A stretch of 26,713 nucleotides of DNA, taken from positions 1 through 26,713 of the forward strand of contig DATGZA010000065.1 of the NCBI GenBank assembly GCA_035297365.1. Direction: 5' to 3'. Both the position numbers and the translations under genes were made by a program. Position 1 is the first letter of the stretch. Each line of letters starts with the position of its first letter. The notes below the pieces were generated by a model that was not told the DNA's origin, ran no database searches, and saw only the letters and a program-made list of their open reading frames with translations. Positions 17,116-26,687 of this stretch are shown here, one piece after another. Source of the stretch: Nitrososphaeraceae archaeon. Its GTDB lineage: Archaea > Thermoproteota > Nitrososphaeria > Nitrososphaerales > Nitrososphaeraceae.

Positions 17116-18228
17116 ATGGCAAAAATCATCAATCATGGTATTATTTTTGTTGTGATGTCAATATTTTTTGTTACATGCACGTTGGGATCTGTAAATGCTC
17201 AAAGCTCTAACAATACAGAAAAAGAGGATTTATCCCTTAACGGCTTGTTTGACCTAGTTGAAAATTCCGTTGTACAGATAACTAAAACAATACCCTCTGT
17301 AAATCCATTTGGTCCAAACAATGAGAATAGTACTTCTCTAGGATCAGGATTCATTTACAGCAAGGATGGACATATAGTTACAAATAATCATGTAGTAGAA
17401 CATGCAAAATCTGTAGATGTGACTTTCATTAACGGTGATAGATATACTGCTAATGTAACTGGGACGGATGTTTTTAGCGATTTAGCTGTAATCAAGATTA
17501 ATGAAAATGTTACAAAATTACCCTTGGTATTAACTCTTGGAAATTCATCTCAGCTTAAGGTCGGAGATCAAGTAGTTGCAATAGGAAATCCATTTGGATT
17601 AGAAGGATCGATGACAACAGGTATCGTAAGTCAAATAGGCAGGCTTTTGTCTGTTGATGATAAAGGATTTTCAATTCCAAATGCAATTCAGACTGATGCA
17701 TCTATTAATCCAGGCAACTCTGGAGGGCCATTATTAGATATGAAAGGTCAGGTAATAGGGGTAAATACTGCTGGAATTTTTCCAGGAGGAATTGGACTTG
17801 CTGTTCCTTCCAATACTGTAGCGCGCATAATTCCAGTACTTATTGAACACGGAAATTATACCCATCCATGGCTTGGAATAACAGGAACCACGCTTACATC
17901 AGACCTCGCCAAGAGAGAACATTTGGATAGAAGTCAAAAAGGTGTTATACTTGACACTATAGTAAAGGCAAGTCCTGCTGATTTGGCTGGATTAAATGGA
18001 AGTGTGGTAAATCAATATGGTGAAAAGAGAGGAGGAGATCTGATTACTGCTATAGATGGAAAGCCAATATTAAAAATTGAAGACTTGATTTCTTACTTGG
18101 AGATCAATAAAGCTGTAAACGAGAATGCCACTTTATCTATATATAGAGATGGAGAGATTTTGGAAAAAGATGTTATGTTGAAGAGTAGACCAGTACCCAC
18201 ACCACCTATCAATCAAACGAAGAGTTAG
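17116..18228 (+). CDS. htrA: HtrA/DegP-like trypsin serine protease with PDZ domain
   Basis: Signal peptide. Catalytic triad in TNNHVV / SDLAV / GNSGGPL, IQTDA.INPG, and C-terminal PDZ (SPA..AGL...GD.I.AIDG). Confidence 0.95.
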   Translation: MAKIINHGIIFVVMSIFFVTCTLGSVNAQSSNNTEKEDLSLNGLFDLVENSVVQITKTIPSVNPFGPNNENSTSLGSGFIYSKDGHIVTNNHVVEHAKSVDVTFINGDRYTANVTGTDVFSDLAVIKINENVTKLPLVLTLGNSSQLKVGDQVVAIGNPFGLEGSMTTGIVSQIGRLLSVDDKGFSIPNAIQTDASINPGNSGGPLLDMKGQVIGVNTAGIFPGGIGLAVPSNTVARIIPVLIEHGNYTHPWLGITGTTLTSDLAKREHLDRSQKGVILDTIVKASPADLAGLNGSVVNQYGEKRGGDLITAIDGKPILKIEDLISYLEINKAVNENATLSIYRDGEILEKDVMLKSRPVPTPPINQTKS

Positions 18229-18354
18229 AAAACCTTTATTTTCCTATCTTTATTTTTGATTGAATTTCTAATTTTTTTGTTTATTAACTATCAAGTATTA
18301 GAATTATTATAATAAAATTTACATCCATACAAATATAATTCCATTCATTATATT

Positions 18355-18372
18355 TGTTAGACTAGGCTAACA
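18355..18372. promoter_or_regulatory. Near-perfect 18-bp palindrome TGTTAGACTAGGCTAACA; candidate DtxR/MntR-family operator
   Basis: 8 of 9 pairs are complementary. It sits between TATA-like sequence and the oxidase start. GTTAG...CTAAC arms resemble DtxR-family boxes, and a cognate regulator ends the operon. Confidence 0.7.
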
Positions 18373-18379
18373 TTTATTT

Positions 18380-19600
18380 ATGCATGAAAGCTATTATATT
18401 TGTATGAATTTATCTAAATCCATTATCATTCTTTTTTCTTTAGCATTCATTTTTATAGTTTATACCGGTATCAAATTAGTTAATCCAAATATATCATCTC
18501 ACTCTCAAGAAGAAAAGGTACAAAGAATTATTGGAGGTCACACGCCTGGATATAGCACTTCAACAACAAATGGGGAACTTATTGATCCAATTTCTCAAAT
18601 GATACCAATCGAAGATGCAGTGATAGATCCTGATAAATACTTGAGAGATTTTAATTATGGAAGAGTATCAGTCTCAGATAATGGCACGACAATAAGAGAT
18701 TTTACAATTGTAGCTTCTGATCAAGACATAAAGCAAATTTCACCAGGTGTATTTTATAATGTTTGGACATTTAATGGAACAGTACCTGGACCAACAATCC
18801 GTGCTGTTGAAGGAGATATTGTGAGGATCAATTTCATAAACAATGGATCGAAATTTCATACAATGCATTTTCATGGGATTCATAAGGCAGAAATGGATGG
18901 AGTATTTGAAGGGGTAGCTCCGGGAGGAAAATTTACTTATGAATTTATAGCTGAGCCGTTCGGAGTTTTTCCATATCACTGTCATATCCAACCACTGGAA
19001 GAACACATAGTTCATGGTTTGTATGGAGTTTACATAGTAGATCCCAAAATTCCTAGACCTGAAGCTGATGAGATGGTCATGGTAATGAATGGTTATGATA
19101 CTGATTTTGATACTGAAAATAACTTCTATACTGTAAATGGCATTCCGTATTATTACATGCATCATCCTATTCAGATTAAGAAAAATGATCTAGTTAGAAT
19201 TTATCTAGTAAATATGCTGGAATTTGACCCCATTAATAATTTCCATTTACATGCAAATCTTTATAATGTATACAAGACCGGAACAAAAACAACTCCAGAC
19301 GAATATACAGATATGATAACCATGAGTCAGGGAGAAAGAAGTATCTTGGAATTCAAATACATGTATCCCGGAAAATATATGTTTCATGCTCACAAGACGG
19401 AATTTGCTGAGAAGGGATGGATGGGTTTATTTCTCGTAAAAGAATCAGTTAATGAAAAAAATAATACAAGCTACACAAATACTGCCGATACTCTGTATGA
19501 CGAAAATGACGAGAACTTGAGTATTGGAACCTATAATAAGATAACGCAAAAAGAATCAGCAGCAAAGATTCTGAAAAATTTAACCAATGGAGGTAACTAA
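18380..19600 (+). CDS. Two-domain multicopper oxidase, membrane-anchored
   Basis: FNGTVPGPTIR; four HxH motifs (HTMHFH, YHCH, FHLH, FHAH); type-1 Cys only in domain 1; N-terminal TM helix. The start may be ATG 18404. Confidence 0.93.
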   Translation: MHESYYICMNLSKSIIILFSLAFIFIVYTGIKLVNPNISSHSQEEKVQRIIGGHTPGYSTSTTNGELIDPISQMIPIEDAVIDPDKYLRDFNYGRVSVSDNGTTIRDFTIVASDQDIKQISPGVFYNVWTFNGTVPGPTIRAVEGDIVRINFINNGSKFHTMHFHGIHKAEMDGVFEGVAPGGKFTYEFIAEPFGVFPYHCHIQPLEEHIVHGLYGVYIVDPKIPRPEADEMVMVMNGYDTDFDTENNFYTVNGIPYYYMHHPIQIKKNDLVRIYLVNMLEFDPINNFHLHANLYNVYKTGTKTTPDEYTDMITMSQGERSILEFKYMYPGKYMFHAHKTEFAEKGWMGLFLVKESVNEKNNTSYTNTADTLYDENDENLSIGTYNKITQKESAAKILKNLTNGGN

Positions 19601-19605
19601 AAAGA

Positions 19606-20916
19606 ATGAAAGACATAGAGAACAAACAAGAAAAAAAAGAAAGTAAAAACAATATAGAATTCTCTAAAAAAAAGATATTTCTCTATGGTATAATTCCTTT
19701 TATCATACTAGCAGCTCTAATTGCTTTTATCTTAAGTCCAAATAGTCAAGTCTTTCTGAATGCAGGAATAGCACTACCAAATCTTACAATAGAAAAAATA
19801 GAATTTCAACAAGATTTTATAATTGCACATGTCAGAAATACAGGACAGTTCGATACTGTTATTTCGCAGGCCGATATAAATGATAGAATTCATCCTGCGG
19901 GTGTAGAACCATCTAAACACCTTTTAAGATTTGAATCAGCAAAAATAACCATTCCATTTTCTTGGAATGTAGGCGAACCCTATGAGATAGGAATTACAAC
20001 AAGTGATGGTACAAGATTTAGCAAAATCATTGACGCCGCTGCTCCGACTCCAAATCCAAATTATGAACAATTCTCGATATTTGCCATCATAGGTACATAC
20101 GTCGGAATCATACCAATACTGATAGGTTTATTGTGGTATCCCTTTATAAAAAAGTTAAATCAGAATAAGTATAATTTCTTTCTAAGTCTTACTGTAGGAT
20201 TACTAGTCTTTCTTGGAATTGATGCCTTGTTAGAAAGTAATGAGATTGTAGTCTCAAATGTTTCTAAAATCTTTAATGGACAAATGCTTATCATAATAGG
20301 ATGTATTATCACTTTTCTGGGACTAATCTACATCTCAAATAGATTTACACAAAGAACTCAAAAGAGTAAATCGTTAATTGAAGATAAGAATACAGACTAC
20401 AACGAATCTGTGTCATCATTTTCATCCATGTCCACCAGGCAAGAACAAAAAGACATCATCAAACCAATTACATTGTCTTTGATGATAGCCATAAGCATAG
20501 GATTGCATAACTTTGGAGAAGGATTGGCTATTGGTTCTGCAATTTTGATCGGCGAGGTTGCACTGAGTACTTTTCTTATAGTAGGTTTTACCATTCATAA
20601 CACAACAGAGGGTTTAGCAATAGTTGCACCATTGACTAAAAGCGGAAAGATAACGATACGAAAATTAATAATGCTTGGAGTAATAGCAGGTGGACCAACA
20701 ATAATTGGAGCTTGGATTGGAGGCTTCCTTTATCATCCCATTGCTTCCGTGATCTTCTTGGCCATAGGAGCCGGTGCAATCTTTCAGGTAGCATATCAAG
20801 TATATTCATGGTTTTCATCCTATCTAGGAAATAAAAATACTTTGACAAATGGATATATTATCAGCGGATTTATTGTAGGGATAATGATTATGTATCTAAC
20901 AGGATTATTTATATAA
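19606..20916 (+). CDS. ZIP family divalent metal transporter with an N-terminal extracellular domain
   Basis: IGLHNFGEGLAIG and IHNTTEGLAI metal motifs. Starts 5 nt after the oxidase stop. Confidence 0.93.
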   Translation: MKDIENKQEKKESKNNIEFSKKKIFLYGIIPFIILAALIAFILSPNSQVFLNAGIALPNLTIEKIEFQQDFIIAHVRNTGQFDTVISQADINDRIHPAGVEPSKHLLRFESAKITIPFSWNVGEPYEIGITTSDGTRFSKIIDAAAPTPNPNYEQFSIFAIIGTYVGIIPILIGLLWYPFIKKLNQNKYNFFLSLTVGLLVFLGIDALLESNEIVVSNVSKIFNGQMLIIIGCIITFLGLIYISNRFTQRTQKSKSLIEDKNTDYNESVSSFSSMSTRQEQKDIIKPITLSLMIAISIGLHNFGEGLAIGSAILIGEVALSTFLIVGFTIHNTTEGLAIVAPLTKSGKITIRKLIMLGVIAGGPTIIGAWIGGFLYHPIASVIFLAIGAGAIFQVAYQVYSWFSSYLGNKNTLTNGYIISGFIVGIMIMYLTGLFI

Positions 20917-20947
20917 AAAAAAAGGAGATGAAAGAGGTAATCCGAAA

Positions 20948-21445
20948 TTGAATATAATGAATACAAAAGGTCTATCGAGTAGCAGCAAAAGTATCAAAGA
21001 AAGTACTAGATTGACTTCCATACGTAATGCTAATTCCTCCAAGAAATATACAAAAGATAGAACTCCAAGGATGGAGGATTACCTTGAAGTTATTTATGAA
21101 TTAGTCCAAAGCAAAGGATATGCAACAACCGTAGACATATCTCAGTATCTGAATGTAAGTTCTCCAAGTGTCACAAAAATGGTACAAAGATTGGATGAAG
21201 CAGAGATGCTTATTTATGAAAAATATAGAGGAATAAGATTGACTGAACATGGGATTTCTATCGCTATTAGTATTAGAAATAGACACGGGCTTTTATCAGA
21301 ATTTTTCAGATTAATAGGTGTTGATGAAAATACTGCAAATGAAGATGCAGAAGGTCTCGAACACCATTTACATCCAGAAAGTATAAAGAAATTAGAAAAA
21401 TTGGTAAATATTATGAAAAACAATCCAGATATCTTAGATATTTGA
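20948..21445 (+). CDS. mntR: DtxR-family metal-dependent regulator, MntR-like (no FeoA/SH3 domain)
   Basis: MEDYLEVIYEL, HTH LNVSSPSVTKMV, RH..L..F and DAEGLEHH. The true start may be downstream of 20948. Confidence 0.9.
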   Translation: MNIMNTKGLSSSSKSIKESTRLTSIRNANSSKKYTKDRTPRMEDYLEVIYELVQSKGYATTVDISQYLNVSSPSVTKMVQRLDEAEMLIYEKYRGIRLTEHGISIAISIRNRHGLLSEFFRLIGVDENTANEDAEGLEHHLHPESIKKLEKLVNIMKNNPDILDI

Positions 21446-21654
21446 ATTACTTTTTAAATTAAAAAAGAAAAAATCAAATTAAGCGAATTTATTGCGATTT
21501 ATGGTTACAAAATAAAATTACAAAAGAACATAATTCCTAGTATCAGAAAAAATAATTTATAAAAAAACTAAAAATAAAAAATGTTCTTGTTTTACAAAAT
21601 TTTATTGATGTTTCATTATCTGGTGTTAATTGGTTAATTGGTTGAATTCTCAAT

Positions 21655-22386
21655 TTATTTTTTTCTTGCTTTGTTAATCATATCACGAAAATTCACATAA
21701 ACTAATTTACATAGACTCGATAGCTCCTCGATTTGGGATAGATTTTTGGGCATGATAGAATCTACTGGTATTTTGGAATCCTCAATTTCTTTTGAATATT
21801 GATTTATCCAATCCTTTATCATATTGACATCTACTTCAATATGAAACTGTATTCCTATAGCATTCTTGATCCTAAACGCTTGAACATAGTCACGTGATTT
21901 TGCTAAAATGGTAGAACCATCTGGAAGATGAAATGTGTCTCCATGCCATTGAAAAATTTTAACGTTGTTTGTAGATAAACCACTAAATATTTCTCTTTTA
22001 CCATCATTAGTTATTTCTATATCATACCAGCCAATCTCTTTTGTTTTTCCAGCATGAACGCTACCTCCTAAAGCTTGCGCAATTAATTGAGATCCTAGAC
22101 AAATCCCCAAGGTTGGAATATTCATGTCAACTGCTTTATTTATCAAATTTTGCTCCTCTTGTAAATATTCGTAATTATCATAAACAGACATTGGACCACC
22201 CAAGATTACGATGCCTGAATAATCAGAGATATTTTGAAAAATATTTTTTATGTTTCTAGCATCAATCACAGAAATATCATATTTATCAGATTCAAAAAGT
22301 TTTTTAAACCGGCCTAGGTGTTCACATTGAATATTTTGAACTACTAAAATACTATCTTTCACGGGAAGAGATAAAGACAAATTCAA
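21655..22386 (-). CDS. Stand-alone class I glutamine amidotransferase
   Basis: ILGGPMSVYD, nucleophile elbow GICLGSQL, FQWHGD, and QFHIE completing the Cys-His-Glu triad. Start uncertain. Confidence 0.92.
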   Translation of the reverse strand: MNLSLSLPVKDSILVVQNIQCEHLGRFKKLFESDKYDISVIDARNIKNIFQNISDYSGIVILGGPMSVYDNYEYLQEEQNLINKAVDMNIPTLGICLGSQLIAQALGGSVHAGKTKEIGWYDIEITNDGKREIFSGLSTNNVKIFQWHGDTFHLPDGSTILAKSRDYVQAFRIKNAIGIQFHIEVDVNMIKDWINQYSKEIEDSKIPVDSIMPKNLSQIEELSSLCKLVYVNFRDMINKARKK

Positions 22387-23127
22387 GAAAGATACAAGCT
22401 TTTAGAATATAAAGCTATCAAAGATCAGAAAATAAAGGTAAATCAGATCACATCAACTTTAAACAGATAAATTTATAATAATTTTGTCTGTATATAAAAA
22501 TTCAAAATAGTAAAGTGACTTAAAATTAAAGTTTTTGTTCCAAAATTTAAACTATTTTGGGTTATTTAATCAAGAATTATATCTATTTTCTAAAAACATC
22601 AATCTGAAAAAATAACAGATATTCAAGTTATAGATGCCTATTTTTGTAGACATCCAGAAGATTTCCTTTCTAGAGAACAATGTAGATGAATTAATAGATC
22701 GATCAAGGATGAGTTTGGCGTCACACATATTGCATTTTTTTCAATAGAGATGAGATAAAGCTATCGTATTTTAGATGCATCTAACAAAAAACCAGAAGAA
22801 TAATTCATTTTAAGATCGATATAAATCTGAGTGGATCATCGAAGTTAAGACTGCTAAAAAGACTAGGAATTAATCCTAGAATAGGATAAACACAAAATAA
22901 AAATAGAATCAACTTGGCTTTATATCAGTAATTGAACATATTATATATCTTTAAAACTTTTTCAATAAACAGTTTTTTGTTTTGCTTGGTCTTGTGTATA
23001 GGAAATAAATAGCTATGAATCTTTTGTGGAAATAATTTTATATTATTTGAAATACGTTGTTTAAAATAAAGTTGCAAAAATACATATACGTAACATTTGA
23101 ATTAGATAATGCTTTTTATTCAACTGA

Positions 23128-23577
23128 TTGAGTCGATTTACCAATAGATTTATCGTTAGTGCTCCAATAGAAAAAGTTTGGAATTTTTATACAGATATAA
23201 AACATTTGGAAATTATCACTCCACAAAAACTAAATTTAAAAGTTATCGATACAACAAATGATAAAATTTCTACAGGACAGGAATGTACTATATCTGCAAA
23301 AATGCTAACACGAAAGAGATGGCGTTCTAAAATTGTAGCATGTTCCCCCTATGAATACACAGATGAAATGTTAGAAGGACCTTTTAAGAAATGGAAGCAT
23401 GTTCATAAATTTAATGAAATTAGCAGGAATGAGACAGAAATTATAGATGAAATCGATTTTGAATTATCTTATGGAATAATTGGAAGATTAGCAAATTTTT
23501 ACATAATACATGTTCTTGAAAAAATATTTGAAAATAGGAGAGTAGCTACCAAAATTCACCTAGATAAAAAATATTGA
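23128..23577 (+). CDS. SRPBCC (START/Bet v1-like) ligand-binding protein
   Basis: APIEKVWNFY....L..ITP and DEMLEGPFKKWKHVHKF...IIDEIDF. Confidence 0.88.
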   Translation: MSRFTNRFIVSAPIEKVWNFYTDIKHLEIITPQKLNLKVIDTTNDKISTGQECTISAKMLTRKRWRSKIVACSPYEYTDEMLEGPFKKWKHVHKFNEISRNETEIIDEIDFELSYGIIGRLANFYIIHVLEKIFENRRVATKIHLDKKY

Positions 23578-23886
23578 TAGATTGACATCACAAGCCATGA
23601 ATTACAATCATATCTTTTTTAATTTGGGAAAGTTTTTTGAACTAATTATATGAAAGATTATTTTTCGTTTGAATAGTAGATTGTCCTTTGGTTGTATATT
23701 GTATCTTATTATTGTGTATGACTCATAACTTTATTATTAGTTAGGATGTCATCTTGTAAATGATGGTTTTATATCCTATTATGATTCCATAGAAAAACAT
23801 TTACAAAATACTAAAAAATCAATTTATTGTCAAATCACAAGTACATTTAAAGGGAGAAACACTCTAACAATTCATGGATAGAAATA

Positions 23887-24366
23887 ATGGTTATTATAGT
23901 AGATGAAAAATTGATGATTAATCACCATCAGGATAAAAAACTAGCAAATGTAACGGTAACTGGAGAAATAAGATTTTCTCCACAAGAATTGTATCAAATG
24001 AATACATCCGAGAAAAGATTATTTAAATTAAAATGTGAATTATGGGGACAAGATATGATTGCTAAAGATAAGTTATATACATTTAATCCATTAAAATATT
24101 ATCCAGGTGTCTCTCAGAATATATCCGAAACATTTACATTCAAAGAAATATTATCAGAAGGCGTTTTAGATGAAGATTTAGGAAAAAATGAGGTATATGC
24201 TAAGCTTATTTTGACCAATCTATCTACGGGAAATCAAGTTGTAGATAAAACCAACACTGTAAGTTTAGGAAAAAGTAAAGAATATGCTAAGCTTATTTTG
24301 ACCAATCTATCTACGGGAATACTTTATTGTGTAGCCCATTTCATAAATCATTTTTTATACATTTAG
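23887..24366 (+). CDS. Hypothetical protein with an internal 29-aa duplication
   Basis: 159-aa ORF, ATG start. YAKLILTNLSTG appears twice. Confidence 0.65.
   Translation: MVIIVDEKLMINHHQDKKLANVTVTGEIRFSPQELYQMNTSEKRLFKLKCELWGQDMIAKDKLYTFNPLKYYPGVSQNISETFTFKEILSEGVLDEDLGKNEVYAKLILTNLSTGNQVVDKTNTVSLGKSKEYAKLILTNLSTGILYCVAHFINHFLYI
24177..24319 (+). repeat. 87-bp period direct repeat with an identical 38-bp core
   Basis: atatgctaagcttattttgaccaatctatctacgggaa at 24195-24232 and 24282-24319. tttaggaaaaa at 24177 and 24264. Confidence 0.92.
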
Positions 24367-24728
24367 TGGATAAGATATAGTTACCCGACATATTTTTCAA
24401 TATAGTCTAGGTAAAGCTGGTAGAAATATCTACAAATCCACTGAGTATTATTTTGTATTTTGTTGACCTCCTCGTATTTTGATGGATTTTTAACAGGAAT
24501 ATCGTAATTGCAAAGTATTTTATAGAAAGTAAACCAATAAAAATAAGCTTTGAATAATTTTTATTTGTGTAATTAGTCGTATTAAAGAATTAAATATATT
24601 TTGGCTGAAAGTTCATGACTGATTTTCATATATTACTTATACTCATAGAAAAACATAACTGTCCACGATATAAAATTTAACCAAATTTAGTTATCTGATA
24701 TATATAGAATAATATTAATAAGTATATA

Positions 24729-25228
24729 ATGAAAGTAGCATTAATTGTCCCTCAATTTGGAATAAATTCAACAAAGGAAAAATTAATTATATTTATACAA
24801 CTAGCGAAAAAAGAAAAATTTGAATCATTTTGTGTTTCTGATCGAATGTTATATCCTCTGAATCCTCAACAACCATATCTGGGAACTCCAGATAAAAGAG
24901 AATGGCCTGATTATTTTTAGAACGTCTTAGATCCATTAACAACACTAGCATTTATTACAGCTAATACTTCAAACGCAAAATTGGGAACCTGTATTATTGA
25001 CATGCTTTTTCATATTCCTGTAACCCTTTCTAAAGAATTTACTACGATTGACATCTTATCAGGAGTCAGGATATTTTGTGGTTTAGGGATGGATGCTCAA
25101 AGGATGAATACCTTACAGCAAATATTCCTTATGTGAAAAGAGGAGAAAGATCAAACGAAATTCTTCAAGTGATGAAAAAGATATGGATAGAGGATATTGT
25201 AGAATTTGACGTAAAATTTTATAAAATT
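24729..25228 (+). pseudogene. LLM-class (probable F420-dependent) oxidoreductase pseudogene
   Basis: MKVALIVPQ...VSDRML, in-frame TAG at 24918-24920, then NVLDPLTTLAFITANTSNAKLGTCI...IDILSG.RIFCGLG. After a frameshift near 25090 it reads GCSKDEY...RGERSNEILQVMKKIW...VEFDVKFYKI and is then truncated. Confidence 0.9.
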
Positions 25229-25907
25229 AGTTTTTTTCATCTTTGAAATTTATTATGGAATGATTGCCATCACAAAATGGTTTATTATTGGATGTGCCAC
25301 ATCTACAAAGTGTATAATGTTCTTTTGACGCATCATCTGGAAATTCCTCTCCTACTAGTTCTATTCCACCAGTAATATAATATGGCCCATCTTTACTTAC
25401 CTTAACCAACTGTTTTCCATCGTAATCTCTATATTCAATACCATCAACTGAATAACTAAGCGCACCTGAAGGACATTTTTTTATTGTTTCAATAATTTCT
25501 TTAGTTATTGCTCGATCTGGATCTATCCAGGGTCTTTTATTTAAACTGAATACTGATGATAAATTATTTACACATTCAGCTGCATGGGAACATATCCTCC
25601 TATTATCATGAATAGTAATTTTGCTGCCTACGTAACTTTTTCTTTTTGAACTGGTCTTGTTGTTATTATTGTCGGCATTTTTGCTTGAAAACCTTGTTAC
25701 ACCATGAGTTCCATCACAAAAAGGCTTATTCCTTGAAGCCCCACATCTACATAATGCTATTCCTTGAATATTTGATAGTTTTTCACCCTTGGAATTTTCT
25801 AGATTTTCTATAACTTTAATTTCTCTATCATTGATTAAATATAATGGGCCGTTTGGTAATGGTACAATCATTGGTTTATTATCGGTTTTTTTACTATTAT
25901 TCTCCAA
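25227..25907 (-). CDS. CDGSH iron-sulfur protein: CDGSH + divergent ferredoxin (Fer4_19/DUF1271-like) + CDGSH
   Basis: CRCGAS.NKPFCDGTH, CSHAAECV...CPSGAL and CRCGTS.NKPFCDGNH. Confidence 0.93.
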   Translation of the reverse strand: MENNSKKTDNKPMIVPLPNGPLYLINDREIKVIENLENSKGEKLSNIQGIALCRCGASRNKPFCDGTHGVTRFSSKNADNNNNKTSSKRKSYVGSKITIHDNRRICSHAAECVNNLSSVFSLNKRPWIDPDRAITKEIIETIKKCPSGALSYSVDGIEYRDYDGKQLVKVSKDGPYYITGGIELVGEEFPDDASKEHYTLCRCGTSNNKPFCDGNHSIINFKDEKN

Positions 25908-25990
25908 TGTTAATATAATAATTTATCACTACTCTAATTTATCTTTCATTTTTTTTATTTATGTTCAATAACTATTTGATTTCATTTTAT

Positions 25991-26257
25991 TTATTTTATA
26001 TAGATCTTATCTTCATAACACCATTTCCAGTCTTCTCCAGGTTCGTATGATTTTATAATTGGATGACGTGTTTCTTGAAAGTGTTTTGTTCCATGTTTAT
26101 TGATTGAAGAATCACAACAGCCAACATGACCACATGAAAGACAAAGACGTAAATGCACCCATTTAGAGCCAATTTTTTCACATTCTTCACAACCTTTTGT
26201 ATTTCCATTTATGTTATCATTAACTTGATCAATGTGCGAACATCTATTTTGATTCAT
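25991..26257 (-). CDS. Stand-alone UBP-type zinc finger protein
   Basis: CSH...GCEEC....WVHLRLCLSCGHVGCCDSS..KH...H...HP...S.EPGEDW.WCY.D. Confidence 0.92.
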   Translation of the reverse strand: MNQNRCSHIDQVNDNINGNTKGCEECEKIGSKWVHLRLCLSCGHVGCCDSSINKHGTKHFQETRHPIIKSYEPGEDWKWCYEDKIYIK

Positions 26258-26653
26258 AACTTTATAGAGAGGTTTAATTTATATAAATATAGAGTAATCA
26301 ATTACCAAAAAAATAGTTTATTTAAAAGAACCTAAATTATAAACACATTACAAAAATGAATATTTAAGTTATTTTAAATGATGATTAGTCATACAATCAG
26401 CAAATATGAAAATGAGATCAGGTGAAAATATTGAAAAACCCTAAGGAATGATCTTGTTCTTTATACCTATTAGTTCGATTCTGGAAATTTTATCTCCTGC
26501 TAACATTTCTTCTAATTAATGGATAAAACTACGCATCGTATTAAGGATATTCCAAATTATTAGAGAAGAAATAGTCAAGACTTTTAAAACAGGAAATACA
26601 TTGATTGTACCTCTTCTGGATTTTGTTTAATAAGATTCTTTATTTTGTAACTT

Positions 26654-26687
26654 TATTCTATATTCGGCCTCTATTCTATATTCGACC
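26654..26687. repeat. 18-bp period tandem repeat
   Basis: tattctatattcg(g/a)cc starting at 26654 and 26672. Confidence 0.75.

Noticed and set aside
16836-18335. Shared CATCCATA motif upstream of the AmoC-like gene (minus strand, about 16840-16847) and the oxidase (about 18322-18329)
   Set aside because: Only 8 bp and non-palindromic; too weak to claim co-regulation.
18380-19600. Nitrite reductase nirK
   Set aside because: It has four HxH motifs for a trinuclear cluster and no axial Met, which fits a two-domain oxidase rather than NirK.
22590-22810. Possible gene remnant (IQVIDAYFCRHPEDFLSREQCR*INRSIKDEFGVTHIAFF), faintly VOC/glyoxalase-like
   Set aside because: Multiple stops and only a short G..HIAF resemblance; it cannot be supported without a search.
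22863-22879. Inverted repeat CTAGGA-attaa-TCCTAG
   Set aside because: Arms of 6 bp are expected by chance, and it is not clearly tied to a promoter.
329-26335. Short ORF-track entries (329+, 4489+, 5608+, 6099+, 7346+, 8584+, 11118+, 11942+, 12640+, 15940+, 16354+, 16453-, 16913-, 18740-, 19449-, 20397-, 20636-, 21101-, 21214-, 22041+, 25789+, 26153+)
   Set aside because: Almost all are antisense or out-of-frame shadows of well-supported genes, and the rest are low-complexity intergenic frames. None has a recognisable motif.
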